A DNA stretch of 64,000 nucleotides from NCBI GenBank assembly GCA_010093815.1, contig ML996567.1; one strand, written 5' to 3'. Below the pieces are notes generated by a model. That model was not told the origin of the DNA and did not search any database. It was given only the letters and a program-made list of their open reading frames with translations. This DNA comes from Pseudovirgaria hyperparasitica (lineage: Eukaryota). Shown piece by piece: positions 34,878 to 49,172 of the stretch (position 1 is its first letter; each line of letters starts with the position of its first letter). The position numbers were made by a program, and so were the translations under genes.

Positions 34878-36294
34878 TGGTCTAGGAATGGTCCGTGTTG
34901 GTTATCAGTTCAATGTCGGACAGTAAGACCCATCGTGGCTTTCTGCTGTTGTAGAGTCTCGAAGGAGGACCTGAGGAGGTATGAATCGTTTGAGATGCAT
35001 GTGTCGCATTTTGCCAGAGCATGATTGTGGAGGGTGCTTCATCATTTGTTCGTATGATGCACATATATGCATTCACACATGTTCTATCGTTTGTTTGATG
35101 AATGCAGACATCAGACAGTCTCAAGTATTTGAGAGATGGTACACCACGTGCGATTAGCATTCAGCTATAAAGTAATTGATATTTCTCACATTTGAATTGG
35201 ACCTACTTGGGAATCTAGTATACATACGTCATAGTAGAACGCGGTGATATTAATGATTGCGGTAAATCCATCCTTTAAGCTAATGTGTACGTAGGTTTGA
35301 TCGCTCTTCTACCTCTTCGGCGGTCGTCTCTTAAGTTTAAATGTGTATTGTAGGTCAATCGCCTGCTCCTTCATTTCCTGCCAAACGTAATGCCACTGAC
35401 CTTTCTCTCCTACTTATGCGTTAACAATTGAGTCTTTCTAGTAAGTTTTAATGTACCATACCTTCTCGTTGCAGACCGCCCATCTCTTCTGGTGGCTTCT
35501 CGCCTGTCCTAAGCTGATGAACTCTTTTATGAACGCGACGCACGGCATGGTGAAAACTAGGCTGACGCAGGAGCTGTAAATTCATGTATCAGTGTCTGTC
35601 ATAGTTCTACGTAGATATGTGGATGGCTTGCATACCCATTCGGCAGCCTTTGTCTGCGAAATGTCAGTCTGCATTGTAGGCTGTGGAGTGGCGAAGAACT
35701 TGCCTCGAACACTGCTAGCCACCACCTCATCTCGAGACGGTGTCTTCAGTGGCTACAGCATTGAGCATGCGAATCGCGATATACTGTTTCTCTTGTATGC
35801 ACAGGGTCGGTGGTCCGTTGATGAACACTGCACCGAACTTCAGTGATATCAGCGTGCCTTGTAGAATGTCCTACACGCTTTATCGATAAGAGGTATTAAT
35901 GCCTTAGGCATCAAAATTGATGGACAGCTTCCAGATAACAGAGTAGGCGGTTTATAGACATTATGAAACTTGAACGGAATATTTCAGGTAGCTTAAATCG
36001 TCTACAAGTTCAAGATTTGGACATCTTTTCGAATTCCACATCGGTATCACTATAGGCAGGCCGGGCTTGTCACGTGAATACGTGATAGTGCAGACGCGCC
36101 TTCTATCCCGCGCCCGGCCCCACGCGCTCCCCTGTGGATCGTCAACGTTCAGAACGAGCAAACGACCTATCGGGAATTTGTTACTATCTGAAACGTCGAG
36201 ATCATGCCGCAGTCATAATAGAGAGGCGTTGTTTCCTGTCTAAGAGGATCATTCACAGCATGCTCCAATAGCATAACGCGACGGAGAGTTTGCA

Positions 36295-38761
36295 ATGATG
36301 ACCAATACAAGACTGAGGCATCATGCCGCCGTATTTGAGTCTGTGTTCCAAGGAGCGGACTCTAAAGCTGAGGGGTTACATTTCGCATCGATAGGGCCAG
36401 ACCGCGAAAAAGCAGCCAATCCCGAGATACTGATAGATACTGTGTGTGGTTCTTGCTCGCACTATGTTCGCGCAGGATGTTGACGCCTTCAGGTCGAAAC
36501 ATACATCATGAAGATTCGATCGCATTTTACGATCACCTTGCAGCCCAAGGTCCAATCCATGCTGGCAACGTCAATTGAGTGTAAACGCGCATGGGAAGTA
36601 CTCGAGAACATCGCACAGTCATATGGTCGTGCGCGAACCTCTTATACTCAGTCTTTTACGGACGGACTCACACAAATGATCAAGCAAGAAGCCAGAACTG
36701 AGACCGATGTGCAAAATATGGCCAAGGACGCTGTCAGGAGATTTCAACGCGAACTAGAGTCATTGTTCGTCCAGGCTATACCTGCTAAGCGATTCTCGAA
36801 AACCCTGAGCTATGTTCTTTTTGATGCGGGATGTAAGTTATTCCGCTTACACATGAATGCTCCAAACTTTTCGATTCACTCTACTGAAACTGGGGATGTG
36901 AAAAGACGACTCGTACAGCTGCTAAAAGGTCTACAAATGGTCGGACTGGGAGGAGACGCAGCTCACCGATCATTCGCTCATGCCATGGACAAGTTACTGA
37001 GTGAATTCGTCGTGAGCCACTACATGAAGGTAGATTGGTATGGCAAGCTTTCGGTGACAGCGAAGTTAAAAGAATGGATCAAAGACGGCTTTGGACAACT
37101 TGTTTTGTTAGTCATGGAGTGCCTGACCGACAGCACTACAACAGTGAAGCTCACATTTGGTATGGCTGAAATTACATCTTGGCAAAAGATGGCCATCGAA
37201 CGTCTTGGTAGAGCTCGTGCGGACAACCTCTTTGATTACATAGTGAACTGGGATCAGTCCATCGGCGCCATATTAGATCTCAAGGTTCGATAACATGAGC
37301 CTCTGTAGTTCATTTATCTGGTCTAACAGATTGTAGGAATATCTCACCACGAACTCTGAAAGAGCACACCTAGTCGTCTCGTTCACAGGCCAGCTCTATC
37401 GGCGCCTCCTGCGCCCAGGGACAACAACTACCCATATCCTAGACATATACATTTATGTCATTAGGGCTTTCAAAGAACTCGATCCTAAAGGGGTGTTATT
37501 AGAACGTGTCGCTCTACCCATCAGACGATATCTGAAAGATCGCACTGACACGGCCAAAATTATTGTATCAAGTTTACTTGCAGATATTCAGGATGAAGAC
37601 GGCAATCATGTCGATCCAGGTGGTGACATTTCAATAGAGATAGCCACAGAAATGCTCAAGCCTATCTCATCCACTGCTAACGACCACGACGACGATCTTA
37701 ACTGGGGAGACCTGAATTGGACCCCGGAACCAGTAGACGCCTCTGCTGAATACAAGAGCTCGAGAGCAAACGACGTCATATCCTACCTCCTCACCCTCTT
37801 CGATCCAGGCGACTTCATCACTGAGCTGAAAAATATCCTCGGCGAACACCTCCTCACAAATTCAGACTCCTCATTTGACAAAGAGATTCGCCTTCTCGAA
37901 CTCTTCAAGCTCCGATTAGGTGACTCCCAAATGCAAGCCTGCGACGTCATGCTTCGCGACGTGGTCGACTCCAAACGACTCAACACCACAATTTCTTCCT
38001 CCCGTCCCACAAAACCCCCTATCCGCGCACATGTTCTGTCTTCTTTCTTCTGGCCTCCCCTCCGCGACGATACATTCACCATTCCCGCCACAGTTGCCGA
38101 AGCGCAGGCCATCTACGCCGCCGGATTCGAAGCTATCAAGGACATGCGCAAATTGCACTGGCTGCCCGCTCTGGGTAAAGTCACCGTCGAGCTCGAGCTA
38201 CAGGACCGCGAAGTGTCCGTCGACTGCACGACATGGCAAGCCAGCGTAATTCACGCGTTCCAACGCTCTTCGTCCGAGCCCCAGCGCGTCGGCGGTGTTG
38301 CGCGCTCTGTGCAGCAGCTCGAGGACCACCTGGCAATGGACGAAGCGCTCGTGCGCAATGCACTCGCATTCTGGGTTGGTGAACGCGTGCTTGCGCCACA
38401 TCCAGACACTCCAGACACATATGTCGTACTCGAACGCCTTACCAGTGCGGCACGCACGACACGGGCGGAGGTCGAGGCCGCCAAAGAAGAGGCAGCAATG
38501 GAGGCACCCGGGGGCGGCGGAGTCGTTACAGCTAATGACCTTCTCGATCGTAATCGCAGTCTGTACGAGACGTTCGTGGTAGGAATGTTGACGAACCAGG
38601 GCGGCATGACGAGGGCTCGGATCTTGATGATGCTGAAGATGGCGGTACCAGGTGGGTTTCCTGGTGGAGCGGAGGACGTGGGGACTGTGCTCGAGGGCTT
38701 GAGAGAGGCTGGCAAGGTGGACAGCACCGGGGCCGACGTGTGGGCTGTCAAGAAGGGATGA
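36295..38761 (+). CDS. APC2: Anaphase-promoting complex subunit 2 (cullin homology and C-terminal winged helix)
   Basis: LFDYIVNW...GAILDLK|EY, RRLLRPG..T..IL..YI, LDPKGVLLERV..PIRRYLKDR, WTPEPVDA, EIRLLELFKLRLG, C.VMLRDV..SKR, LSSFFWP, LHWLPALG, FVVGMLTN. Introns 36442-36492 and 37285-37336. Confidence 0.93.
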
Positions 38762-39393
38762 ACCATGGTGTGAGCGCGTACGCCAGAAACTTCAATATCG
38801 TTAGGGAGTAGCATGAGGTGCCTACGGGACTTGCTATGATACCACGTATGATACAGCCATGACATAATAGAGGTATCGATCTCTAAGAACCAGAAGCCAC
38901 GTTTTTCAATATGCGCGCAGACATCCCCCCTCCCCTTAAACCTTTCCACGAAACATCGCAGACTTTCCAGCACGCCCGTTCTAAACTGGGCAATAAGAAC
39001 CCCCCAAACTGAGAAAGCTAGCTCATGTTCAGACACGACGCTCGCGACTAAACCGTGAACCTCGAAAGACAACAGAATATCAGCCATGGGCCCTCCTCGT
39101 AAACGCACGTGCATGAAACATTTGAATGGCTGTGACAACCCACTGAGCGGGCTGAAGACATTCGGAAGTATTGAGGGGTATTGGCTTAGTATGGCTGGGC
39201 GCAGACGAGGATGGTGTGTTGTCGCTTTTATTGCAGTCAGTCATAATTTTTGAGGCTTAAAGAGCTCCGTGGGAGAATCATGACAGCGGCCAAGATATTC
39301 GCGTTACAACGTTGTATATTAGCTCTTACGTTCACTAGGCCACTATGATAGGTGTATTGAAGCTCTATGGTAGTCGTCTGTCTAGTGCTCATT

Positions 39394-42300
39394 TCAACCC
39401 ATAGCACCTTCGACAGCCTCGGATAATGTCTCCCATCCCACCCTCATCCATGGCGCAAGAGCCGTTGCTCTCTGAGCATCTGCCGCAGTCCCGGTGCCAC
39501 TATACGCTTTGGCCAGATCCGCTGCATCTAATGGCCCCATTGGCGGGACTGCGCGCCTCGCACTTACCAGCGCCATTTCCGCTGGAAACACCGCGTCGGT
39601 TTCGCCCGCGAGTTGCGCCCAGCCATGCGGCTGGCCGGGACTGAGTAGGATGCTTTTCTGGATAGACGCCAAGACAGGGCTTGGATCATTGTCTGTTGCT
39701 GATTTGGAAGAAAGCGATGCGATGGCATCGAGTACGATTTCTACGCGCCGCGCCTGTAGTGTATCAATGCTCACGCTTCCGCTCCGGATATTTGCCAGGT
39801 CTTCGTATACAGCCTCGAGCGCCTCAGTGTCGTTCTCGATAGCAGCCATGGCGCCGAGCAGGATGATAGCGTCGACATTTTGGGCGTCCGAGGAGCTGAT
39901 AACGTCGAACAATTGGTCGCGCGCGACGTCTTTTTCATTTGCACCGCCATCGGCCCACAGGATAGTTGCGAGGAGGCAAACTACCTCTGCGGAGGATGCG
40001 GATTCTTCGAGAGCGGTGCGGAAGGCTGCGATGGCTTGTGAGGCGGATAACTGATCAAATGTGGTGCGTGCGAGATAGTGGTAGGCGAGGCCGAGTACGA
40101 GGCGACAACTTAGACGGATTCGAGTAATTGTAGAAACGTCAATGGTGAGTGAGTCACTGTCAGAGGTCAGATCGAGAGCTGTGTCTGCATTTTCAGCGGC
40201 GGTAGCATAGGCATGTGTAGCCAGGAGATTACGGGCGAGGTCGGCTTTTGCGGCCGCGAAGCATGATAGTGAGGTAAGAGATTCCGTGGTCTCGTATTCT
40301 GCTTCGAGATCCGAGCACAAGGTTTTCAGAGTCTCGACAGCTGCAGAGTAGTCGCCAATTCGTTCGAAGTAGATCGCATAGAGGTGTCTGAAAGGTGTAT
40401 CGGTGGGTGTTTGGGAGATCAGCTGCTGGAGAGCGAAAAGGGGTTGGATGAGGTTTGTGATGTTGCTCGAGTCTGCAGCCGAGGACAAGAGATGATCAAA
40501 CGTTGACAGGGTATATTGTTGTTTCGTGATGAGCAAGGCAGAGTCTGATATTTCGAAAGCATGTGTGAAGTGGGACAGAGCCTCTCTAGCATCTCCCCAG
40601 AGGAGAGCAATGAGGCCCTCTCCAACCCAAGCATGGGCATAGTCTGGATCAGTTGACTGTGCGCGGCTAAAGGCCTGGTGTGCCAGCTCAAGGTCATTAC
40701 GTAGAAGGTACAAGGTTCCAAGGTTGGTCCAGACCACCACACTTCGCTCGTTAAGATGAAGACTTCGTACAAAACAGTGCTGCGCGACTTTTGGGTTGAG
40801 CTGTGTTGATACTACTCCTAGTGCATTCCAAAATTCTGAGTTACCAGCTTCTAGCTCGATAGCACGTTTAAAGCATTTCATTGCGGCTTTGAGATGTTTC
40901 GTCACTTTTTCGCCTTGTACGCTGCCATCAGGATTCTGTTCAATGTGGACGTGTGCTCTATGCTCGGTCCAACCAAGATTATACCATGATACAGCTCTCG
41001 CGTGTATGTCATTAGCACAGCTATAGATAGCGCGCTTTTGAGCAAGAATGGAAGCATGTAGTACAAGACGGAGCTTCGAAGTTGCTCCCTCTTCATCCGA
41101 TGATACAATCTCCTTGACCTGATCGGCGCCTACTTTGTTTGTCTCGACGAAGATATCAAACTCCTCGATGTTTATATTCTTTTCAAGCAGAACCCGAATT
41201 TTGTCGAATGGTATGTGATCCAGTTTGCTCTGTACGGCAGAGAAGACGGCGCAAGCATCACCGACAGCTTTCCATAGATTGAAAGCCTCGGGTTTGTAGT
41301 CTGCGATTTCTGTAGCGGTCTCAATAGCTCGTATAGCGCTTTGGGCTGCCTGGCCAAAGAATCCTGTAGCGAGGCTTTTCCAAGCTTGGTCGACAAGAGT
41401 TTGGAGAAGTGCAATTGCTACACCGAATTCTTGCTTGCGTTCTCTTAATACCTCTTCATACCCAGCAGTAGCTGCTTCGTATTCTCCAAGCTCACGGTTG
41501 ACATTTGCCAGCATATACTTCGTGAACCAGGCCTCGCCAGTCTTCTTCATCATAACGCCTTCCGCTGGATTCTCTGCATACTTGAAGGTCCGTGCAGCGG
41601 AGTTGTATCGTCCTGAATTATGATAACTTTCGCCAAGACCAACGTACGAATGGTAGTCATCTGGACTTATTCGAAGGGCGGCTAGAAAGGACACAACACT
41701 TTTGGAGTACTCCTGTTTGTTCATTTGCACCACACCAAGTGCAGAGAATGGCCAGCTGATGCCTTTCTTCTTTCTAGATCCTGGTGGAGGCTTTGCTTTA
41801 CCTGAGTCGACTACTCGTTGTGCAATGATCTCCACAATATCCCATTCGCCTTGATCCGCAAACGACCGTGCTAAGCGTTCTGCTGCAACAATCTCTGATG
41901 CTGAGAGCTCGAAAGCTTTCTGGAAACATGACCTTGCTCTCTTCTTATCCTTGGCATAGTCGGCATAGTAATTGCCCAGACTAGTATAGGCGGGTGCAAA
42001 GTTTGGATTCGCTTTTATCGCAGCTAAGAACATCGCATATGCCCTTTTTCGATCTTTCCGCGCGGCCTTTGACGAGTCTAACTCCCATTGACATACACCA
42101 ATCCGATAGCATGTTTGAGATCGCAAGTCCCTAGTGCGCGAGTCTTTCAGATCTATCTGTTCGAGGAGCTGTTCGAGCTCTGCGCGGCCAGTGGCGTAGT
42201 CTCCGTTGAGAGCTTTACACCAGGCAGCCTCCGTACCTATTCGAATGTTCGAGTCGTCTCGCTCGAAAGCTTTCCTCAAGAATCCAATCGCCTCGGCGTA

Positions 42301-43730
42301 TTCCTCCTCTTCCTCTAACACTAAACCGACGCCTATCAATGCAGGCGTAAACTGAGGCTTTCTTGATAGAATATCGCTGAAGATTGATTTCGCTTCCGGA
42401 TGGTGTCGTGGTGTCTGATACTGCACAAGTGATGTACCAAGGACGCTGTTGAGAGAATCAAGGTCATTCTGGAGCTTCAAACCAGACTTTTGACATTCGG
42501 ATTTGAGAAGTTTTAGAGCCTTCCGTGATGTCTCCACGGAGCTTTCATACTCTTCTGTGTAGAGATAGTACTCCGAAATAAGACGATGGGCTAGGTATGA
42601 GTCTTTTGCGGCGTCAATGCCATCTGTCATGAGTAGCAAAACATCTTCAGATGTCAACGGCCCGTCTTGCTCGTCGTCCGAATTCTCCAAAGCTGCGCCG
42701 CCTTCGTCGGAATCGTCCTCTGGGAATGGTGATCTATCGCTAGCCAAGTATGCTTTGAGCACTTTTGCGAGGCCATTCTCTGGAAAGAACTCAACGAACT
42801 CTCTCAGTACGTTGACATCCATCTCAGCAATCTCTTCAACGTCTTTCCATTCGAGTTCAATCTGCCAAGCAAGCAGAAATGAGTGCTTGATTATTACCAT
42901 GCCTTCTGCCATTTTGATGACTTGTTTCCTCCTTTCTTCTTTCTTGTCCGAGGGCGTGACGACGAGCACATCGTAAATCCTTTGAAGAAGCTTCTCTTCG
43001 TACTCTCTCCGTACGTCATCTTCATTTGTCCAGTCAATGACTTGCTGATACAGCTCTTCCAAGTCGCTTCTCTCGAACACCTCTCTCCTAACCTCATTCG
43101 TGACCTGTCCAATCCTTGCACCAAGTCTCGTCCTCCTCTCACCAATTTCTTTGTTAATCTTCTCTTTCTCCTCAGTCTCGGTAAGTTCAACCAGGCGCTT
43201 GTACGTTATCGCAGGATGCGAAATCCTGCCCTCCAGAAAGTCATACAGACTACTGTTCGGTAAGAGTACCCGCAGGGCTTTTGAATATTGTAATTTCGTG
43301 CCATTAGCTTTTGCGAAACCTACGAGCTTGTCAACCGCCTCTTGGCATCTATGCTTGTCCTCCGCAACTGCATAAATCCCTGCAATCTTGACTGAAAGAT
43401 CGATATATTGATCGACCTTCTTTCCTCCCTGTGAGCCATAAAGCTCTCGCAAGCCAAGGTATGGGTCTTTCTCGTTCGGCCTGAGGGCTGCAGCGGATTC
43501 GTAGGCGGAACTAGCATCGTCTGTTCTGCCTAGCTTGTCGTAGGCGCGACCAAGGAATAGTTTACTTTGTGCGTCAGTTAGGTTTCTGGATGTGTATGTG
43601 TCGACAATTACGCAAAGTAGTTTTCGGGATCGTTGGAGAGAACTCGAAGTGCCTGTTCAACAGCGTCCCCCCACTTGCCCGCATCGATTGCAGCTTTTGC
43701 AGCTTTGAGGGCTGCTTTCGAACTAGACAT
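39394..43730 (-). CDS. SKI3: Superkiller complex TPR protein Ski3
   Basis: Exon 1 MSSSKAALKAAKAAIDAGKW..., intron 43611-43565, then ~1400 aa of TPR repeats with IGERRTRLGA, FAPAYTSLG.YY.D, RARSCFQKAFELS, AQHCFVRSL and a C-terminal APW. Confidence 0.93.
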
Positions 43731-46700
43731 GTTCGTAGAAAGAAGTTCAGATGACTGGCGGAGGCATTTCAGCTAATAAGAGCCACCATATGAAACAGAA
43801 GCTCTCTGTAAGGATATGGTGGTGGTAGTCGGTCGTTACGCGCACTCCGTGGAGGTCGTCATCATTTGTTATAAGTCGGATAATTGATGTCACTAGCTCC
43901 TCTAAGAAACACTACCTTCCTACACGCGCCAAGAGCCCAATTCCCCGCAACCTGAATAAATCACTAGGCACTGCTACGAACATTTCATTTATTTCGACAA
44001 TTGGCGACTCTATTAACTAGTCCTAATCAGGTTAGCATACGCGAGACCTAATAGACATGCATAGACTGGTCAGATCATGGTTTTTGTCATATCGTACATA
44101 AGTCTTCCATGTTACCGCATCCATCATAAATTACGCTCTGGTATGCGGTATTAGAGACGCTATGCATCTGCTTCGAAGGGAATGAACGTATATGCAGCTC
44201 GAGATCTTGCGGCTTCCACAATACGTTAATGTTTTAACCATGCATTTGCAATTGGTGAAGCAGATGGGCTGCCCGTGGGTTGAAGGACCGCAGTCCGCAC
44301 ATGAATGAAGCCAATCGCGACAGTGTTTACCGCTTAGTTCTGCTGCGATACCCTCTATTCTCTGCCACAATTGCAGGTCCAATTTCAAGCAGGTCAAGAT
44401 TACTGGCCTTCTGACCACCGATACCTGGTCATTAAGCACTGGCTCTGCTAAGACCTGCTATTTGACCACCTCGAAACTTGCACATCAATATTCCGTACCA
44501 AACATCTTATTCCTTAGGATTCAATCATCGCGTTCGTAGCGACATTTCACATCGAGTCTCGTACAGCCAATATCACATTAGTCACGAGTAGTTACAGCGA
44601 TCGCTTTCGCAAGAGCGACCGGTCCATTTCCTCTTATGCGCCGATAGCTGCTGTCCGGATGGCTACTCACTTTATCAAAGCGGATCTGACCTTGGTATTA
44701 TTGTGAAGAAGAGGTCTGAGATCTTCCATCAGGTTAATCCTCATTTCGAAGTTCAAAGTTGTATGGGAACTGTGGAGGGGCGCGAATGAGCGTTCATTGT
44801 TGCTTTCCGGAAAGATTTTTACATTCTTTTGTGTATGGAAACACTCGGTGGATTTCTATGACTAGACTTGCCCTGTGAGCATACCTGGTGTACCCACAGC
44901 CTGACGAGTCATGTATACAACATAACTGTCATAATACCGAAGGATAGGATCAACGTAATAAAAACTGGTCAGTGCACACGTCAACAGATGCATTATTGAC
45001 TAGTGAAAGTTTAAAACACGTGCGAATAACCACGCGCTGTAGTAATTCATGAAGATAATGAACCTCTTTTTCGAAGTTAGGCATTGAGATGAACTCGCAG
45101 GCGGTATACTGAGACCATATTGCTAGAGGCCGTTGAGCGGGTCAGAATTGTTGCAATCGACTCGGCGTCGTACGTCATTTACACGATGCAGGAGACGATG
45201 AGAGCGGCATACGAAGTGTAGAGTGTGCGATTTAATGCTTGAGCGTGGTCGGAGATGTTTATTGGGGCGCATACGAGATTCTTGTCGCTGTCGGCGAGGC
45301 CGTGAAATGAAGTGCCACGGGCGTGCGTAGGTATGACTGAGGCCCTAATATATCCATCTTGTCGACGGATGTGTGGGCGCGTATCACTCGGGCTGTAACG
45401 TGTAAGCATATGAGATCCATATAAGTTGATATCAGCACAGAGCAGGCTCTGAAGAAGGACACCAGGAGGGAAATAACACCAGAGCTCTCCTGTCTACTTC
45501 GCGGCATCTTCCGTACCCAGGTGGCTCGGTTTCGCCATGATCTCAGAGGGACTCATCTTTACAGATGTCGCAACACCTAGTGGGCTGGAGCACGGAAATA
45601 ACACGTCGAAAGGTTTTTACGTAGAACCATGCGGCTAAAGAACGATTTGCTTCGCAGGCTCCTGTTAGAGACATCGTCGAGGCCGCGTGTGCTATAGCTT
45701 TGACGAAGGTAGAGGGCCCGTGGAGAGAAGTCTATCTCGTTCTGATCTGTCTGACTTCTGCGCATGGATTTTCACATATAACAAGCGTGTTTTCCACTTG
45801 TATGAGGATGGTCGCTGCAGTATGGAAAACCTTGTGTGTGAAGATTTTCAACTACATGTAAGGTGTCACACCCGTCATTTAGTCGCTGGGCACGCGAATG
45901 AGGTCTGCATCCGATGAGGCTTGTTCTAGTCTCGAGTCAGGAACTCGAGGGAATATTCCGTTCATGTCCGATAGATGGGCGATATGTGGTATGTGGTACA
46001 ACGGCGTAAGCACTGGTGGTCCAGGTGTCAGGCATTTCACGCACGGATTCGGAATCTAATCCACAAACGGTCGTCCAGTCTTTACCAGTCAAGAAAAATC
46101 TGCTGTTCGTAGCGCTACGTGTCTATGTTAGTCTTCAGATGTAGTGAGAATTAACCATGGTATGTGGCAGTCATCATCTTATCTATAGACGTGCCGAGAC
46201 ACTTCAAGACTTCAAGCGCCATCGAGAGGGTCGGGAGAGCTATTCTAGGACTTTTGACTGGGACATGGACTTTCACAGCCCTACGACCGTCCAGGACTCT
46301 CTGACTTAGTTCAGGTCAGGTCTAACTGAAAAGGGCCTAGAGGTTACTCAGTTGAGCTTATCCGGGGGCAGGTCCCCACCTAGGTAGGTGTGAGGGTTTC
46401 AATATATATATCGTTTAGCTAGACTTGGCGCTAGTTTCATATCTTTATGTACGTAAACAATCATTGGATAATGAGGTGCGAGTGACATTCTCGAATATAA
46501 TAGTGCCTTGGCTGTCTCCCAATCTTTGCATGGTCCAACCTGGGATACACCTGACTTTACTGCCGATCGAGGGTGCTCTAGCAGGCATCCTGTCTCTTGC
46601 GCACATACTACGTTCAATGCGCTGCAAGAGAACAGTGGGCTTCATGGGCGCCGATCAGTGCTTGTCATTCAAACGTCAAGTCAAGGCGTCTGGGCTTCAA

Positions 46701-47025
46701 GCGCATTGATGAGTACCCTCAACGCAGGACTTACAGCTACTCATCATGGCAACATGACATGTCTCTGTAGACTCTTGAAAGATCAAACAACGGATCGCAC
46801 CAGTCTTGTCACTTGTATGGATATATACATTAGGGTTCGAGCGATGACGCTCTCGCGACCAGGAAGCTTCGATAGACACCCAGACTCTCTGCAACAGTGT
46901 ATCAACATACCGGGATGTACCTCGTCCACACAGCGCCCCAGCTCGTGTCATCTCGCAGACTTCAAATTCAGGTAGCCCACCTGCAACAGTCTCTTTCTGA
47001 GTTGCTTCTACTGCTACGCGTAAAC

Positions 47026-48365
47026 ATGGGACAAGAGTCAAAAGCCAGGAATTTGGTCGTTGCAATCATTACCCATACGAGTGTTGCATTGATTGTGGTT
47101 TTATTGCGGCTTTACGTCAAATTTATTCTCACTAGAACTGGAAGTCATGAAGATTGGATTGTGGCTGTTGGCATGGTGTGTGGCGTTGCTTTATCTGTGT
47201 TACAATTTGGGGCTAATCGCGTCAAAGGTATTCGCCATCCTCATGACTATTGCCCAAATGCTCGGTGAGTATCCCAAACTCAGAGGAACGTTCTCAAAGT
47301 AACATTGTCGCAGAATTTCGAGCCGGTCTAGGTCAGCATCAGGACCATATTAATCTGTCGCAAGCGATAGATCAGCTCAAAGTGAGCAATAGCGTAACCA
47401 GATTTCAGTACAGATTGCTGATATGGGTATTAGTGGCTTTGGTGGAGCATATACGCCTACACCAACGCGCTGAATACTACGAAACTGAGTATTCTCATGT
47501 ACTATCAACGCGTATTTAACAGCGACCATAGGATCATGACAGGCGTGAAAATAGTGGGCATTTTCGTCATCCTGAATTGGATCACTGTCATTTTGACGAA
47601 TCTGCTGCATTGTTTGCCGATTCATGCATTCTGGGAGATTCCACTCAAACCGACGGCGAAGTGCCTGGATACCTTTGCGTAAGGCTGCCTTGGAACATAG
47701 ATTGTTCGTGGCTGACTGCAATAGACTCTGGAAGGCCCTTGCCGCCATAAATATTGTATCAGACGTGCTCATCGCGGCATTGCCGCTGCGTGTTGTATGG
47801 GGTCTAAAAATGACCAGAACAAAGCGAATTTTATGTTGTCTCTTGTTCGCGCTCGGAGGCTTGTAAGCTCTCCCCTGTGCATGCAATACGGACATCAGTT
47901 AACCATCAAAGTGTCTGTGTCGTCTCTGTCCTTCGTCTACAAACTGTGATGGTTCTTGAACGACATATGGACGATAACAGTTGGTACGGCAGCATAACGG
48001 TGCAGTGGTCAGCTCTCGAAACCAACATAGCGATCATATGCGCGTCGCTACCCGCAATGTACCATCTCGCGACCCTGACTTGCAGGTCTGTTGGTGGGCA
48101 TCTTAGCTCTCACAGTCAATCATACTTTCGCAGCACAAAATCGAACAGGTCTACAAGATCGAGAGACGAAAATTCCAAGGCCATTGGTTCCCTGCCAAGG
48201 AGTGCGATCAGGAGGGTTGATGAATTTAGTGTACATAGTGAAAGCGTTAATCGACTGGTCGAGTCGCAGAAGCCAGGTGGTGAAACGCCAGACTCAAGAT
48301 CTGACCGAAGTGGTAGTGACAGTGGAGCGACGGAGCGCTCGAATGGCTGGGTCGAAATGATGTAA
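47026..48365 (+). CDS. PTH11-like (fungal rhodopsin-domain) multi-pass membrane protein without CFEM domain
   Basis: Five GT-AG introns join hydrophobic exons carrying LRLY.K, EDW, TKLSIL.YY.RVF, C.PI.AFW, NIVSDV.I..LPL..VW.L, S.LRL, WS.LE.NIAIICASLP. Confidence 0.88.
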
Positions 48366-49172
48366 GTATATCCATAAAATCCTGAAGATAATGTTTGTTC
48401 TGCATTATGGGCCTGGCAAGTACAGGACTCAAAAAGCTCATTGTCAATCGTACCAGAGATGCGTATCGACGTGACATACGGCGCGTGTTGTTTTCAAGAG
48501 AAATTCAGCAGAAACTTTGCGTACATTCATCTCCGTCCTCTTTCAATCGCCAGCCATGACTACATTTTTGGCGCCCAACGCCTCGCCCGTGGTATAGATC
48601 GTGAATCTGTAGAAGATATCATCTATCGCGCGCGCAGTTTCTGCCATACAATATATCGGGTCAGGTAGCGTGGTTCCGGCGATTGGATATAGGTTGACGA
48701 AGTCGAAGTATACATAGATGGTCCGTTAGACTTTCTAAAATGGTTCAACTAGAACAACAGGAGATGGGGAACGTGAACGACATAGCGCCAGTGCCGGGCA
48801 TTGTTTCAATTGTATCGCTCCATAACTTTCAGACGAAAGTTGATTGAATATATGTTGGTTAGAGACATGAGGTTGAGTTGGATATGCTGCAGATAGGTAA
48901 ACTGCAGTAGGCACGAAGCATGAGAAGAATGAGAGACGGACCGTGAATAACAAGGGAGAAGTAGAAAAAATCAATACCGTGGCTTACGCTTGACATACAA
49001 AGGATTTCCAGAGTTGCAATGCAGCGGAATTCAATTGAACTTCGTTGTAAACAACAGTATGTACCTTATGTGAATCGAACATTATAACACATTCGACGGA
49101 GACTTGGTGACCCATGGTGGAAAGAGAGTACTGATTCCCATCCAGAGTCACGGAGTATGCTCAGTATACACC

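Noticed and set aside
35275..35460. Degenerate direct repeats (TTAAG..AATGTGTA..GTAGGT..ATCGC)
   Set aside because: Only two to three poor copies with irregular spacing. Not CRISPR-like and not clearly a mobile element end.
26939..36294. Island as a Starship or other intact mobile element
   Set aside because: No tyrosine recombinase, transposase, reverse transcriptase, terminal repeats or target-site duplication visible.
38251..39138. 295-aa minus-strand ORF overlapping the APC2 3' end
   Set aside because: Mostly an antisense shadow of GC-rich APC2 codons, with a non-ATG start and no recognisable domain.
43731..47025. 3.3-kb region with many short ORFs
   Set aside because: No consistent splice-supported frame, domain or RNA-gene motif. 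Treated as an intergenic/regulatory region.
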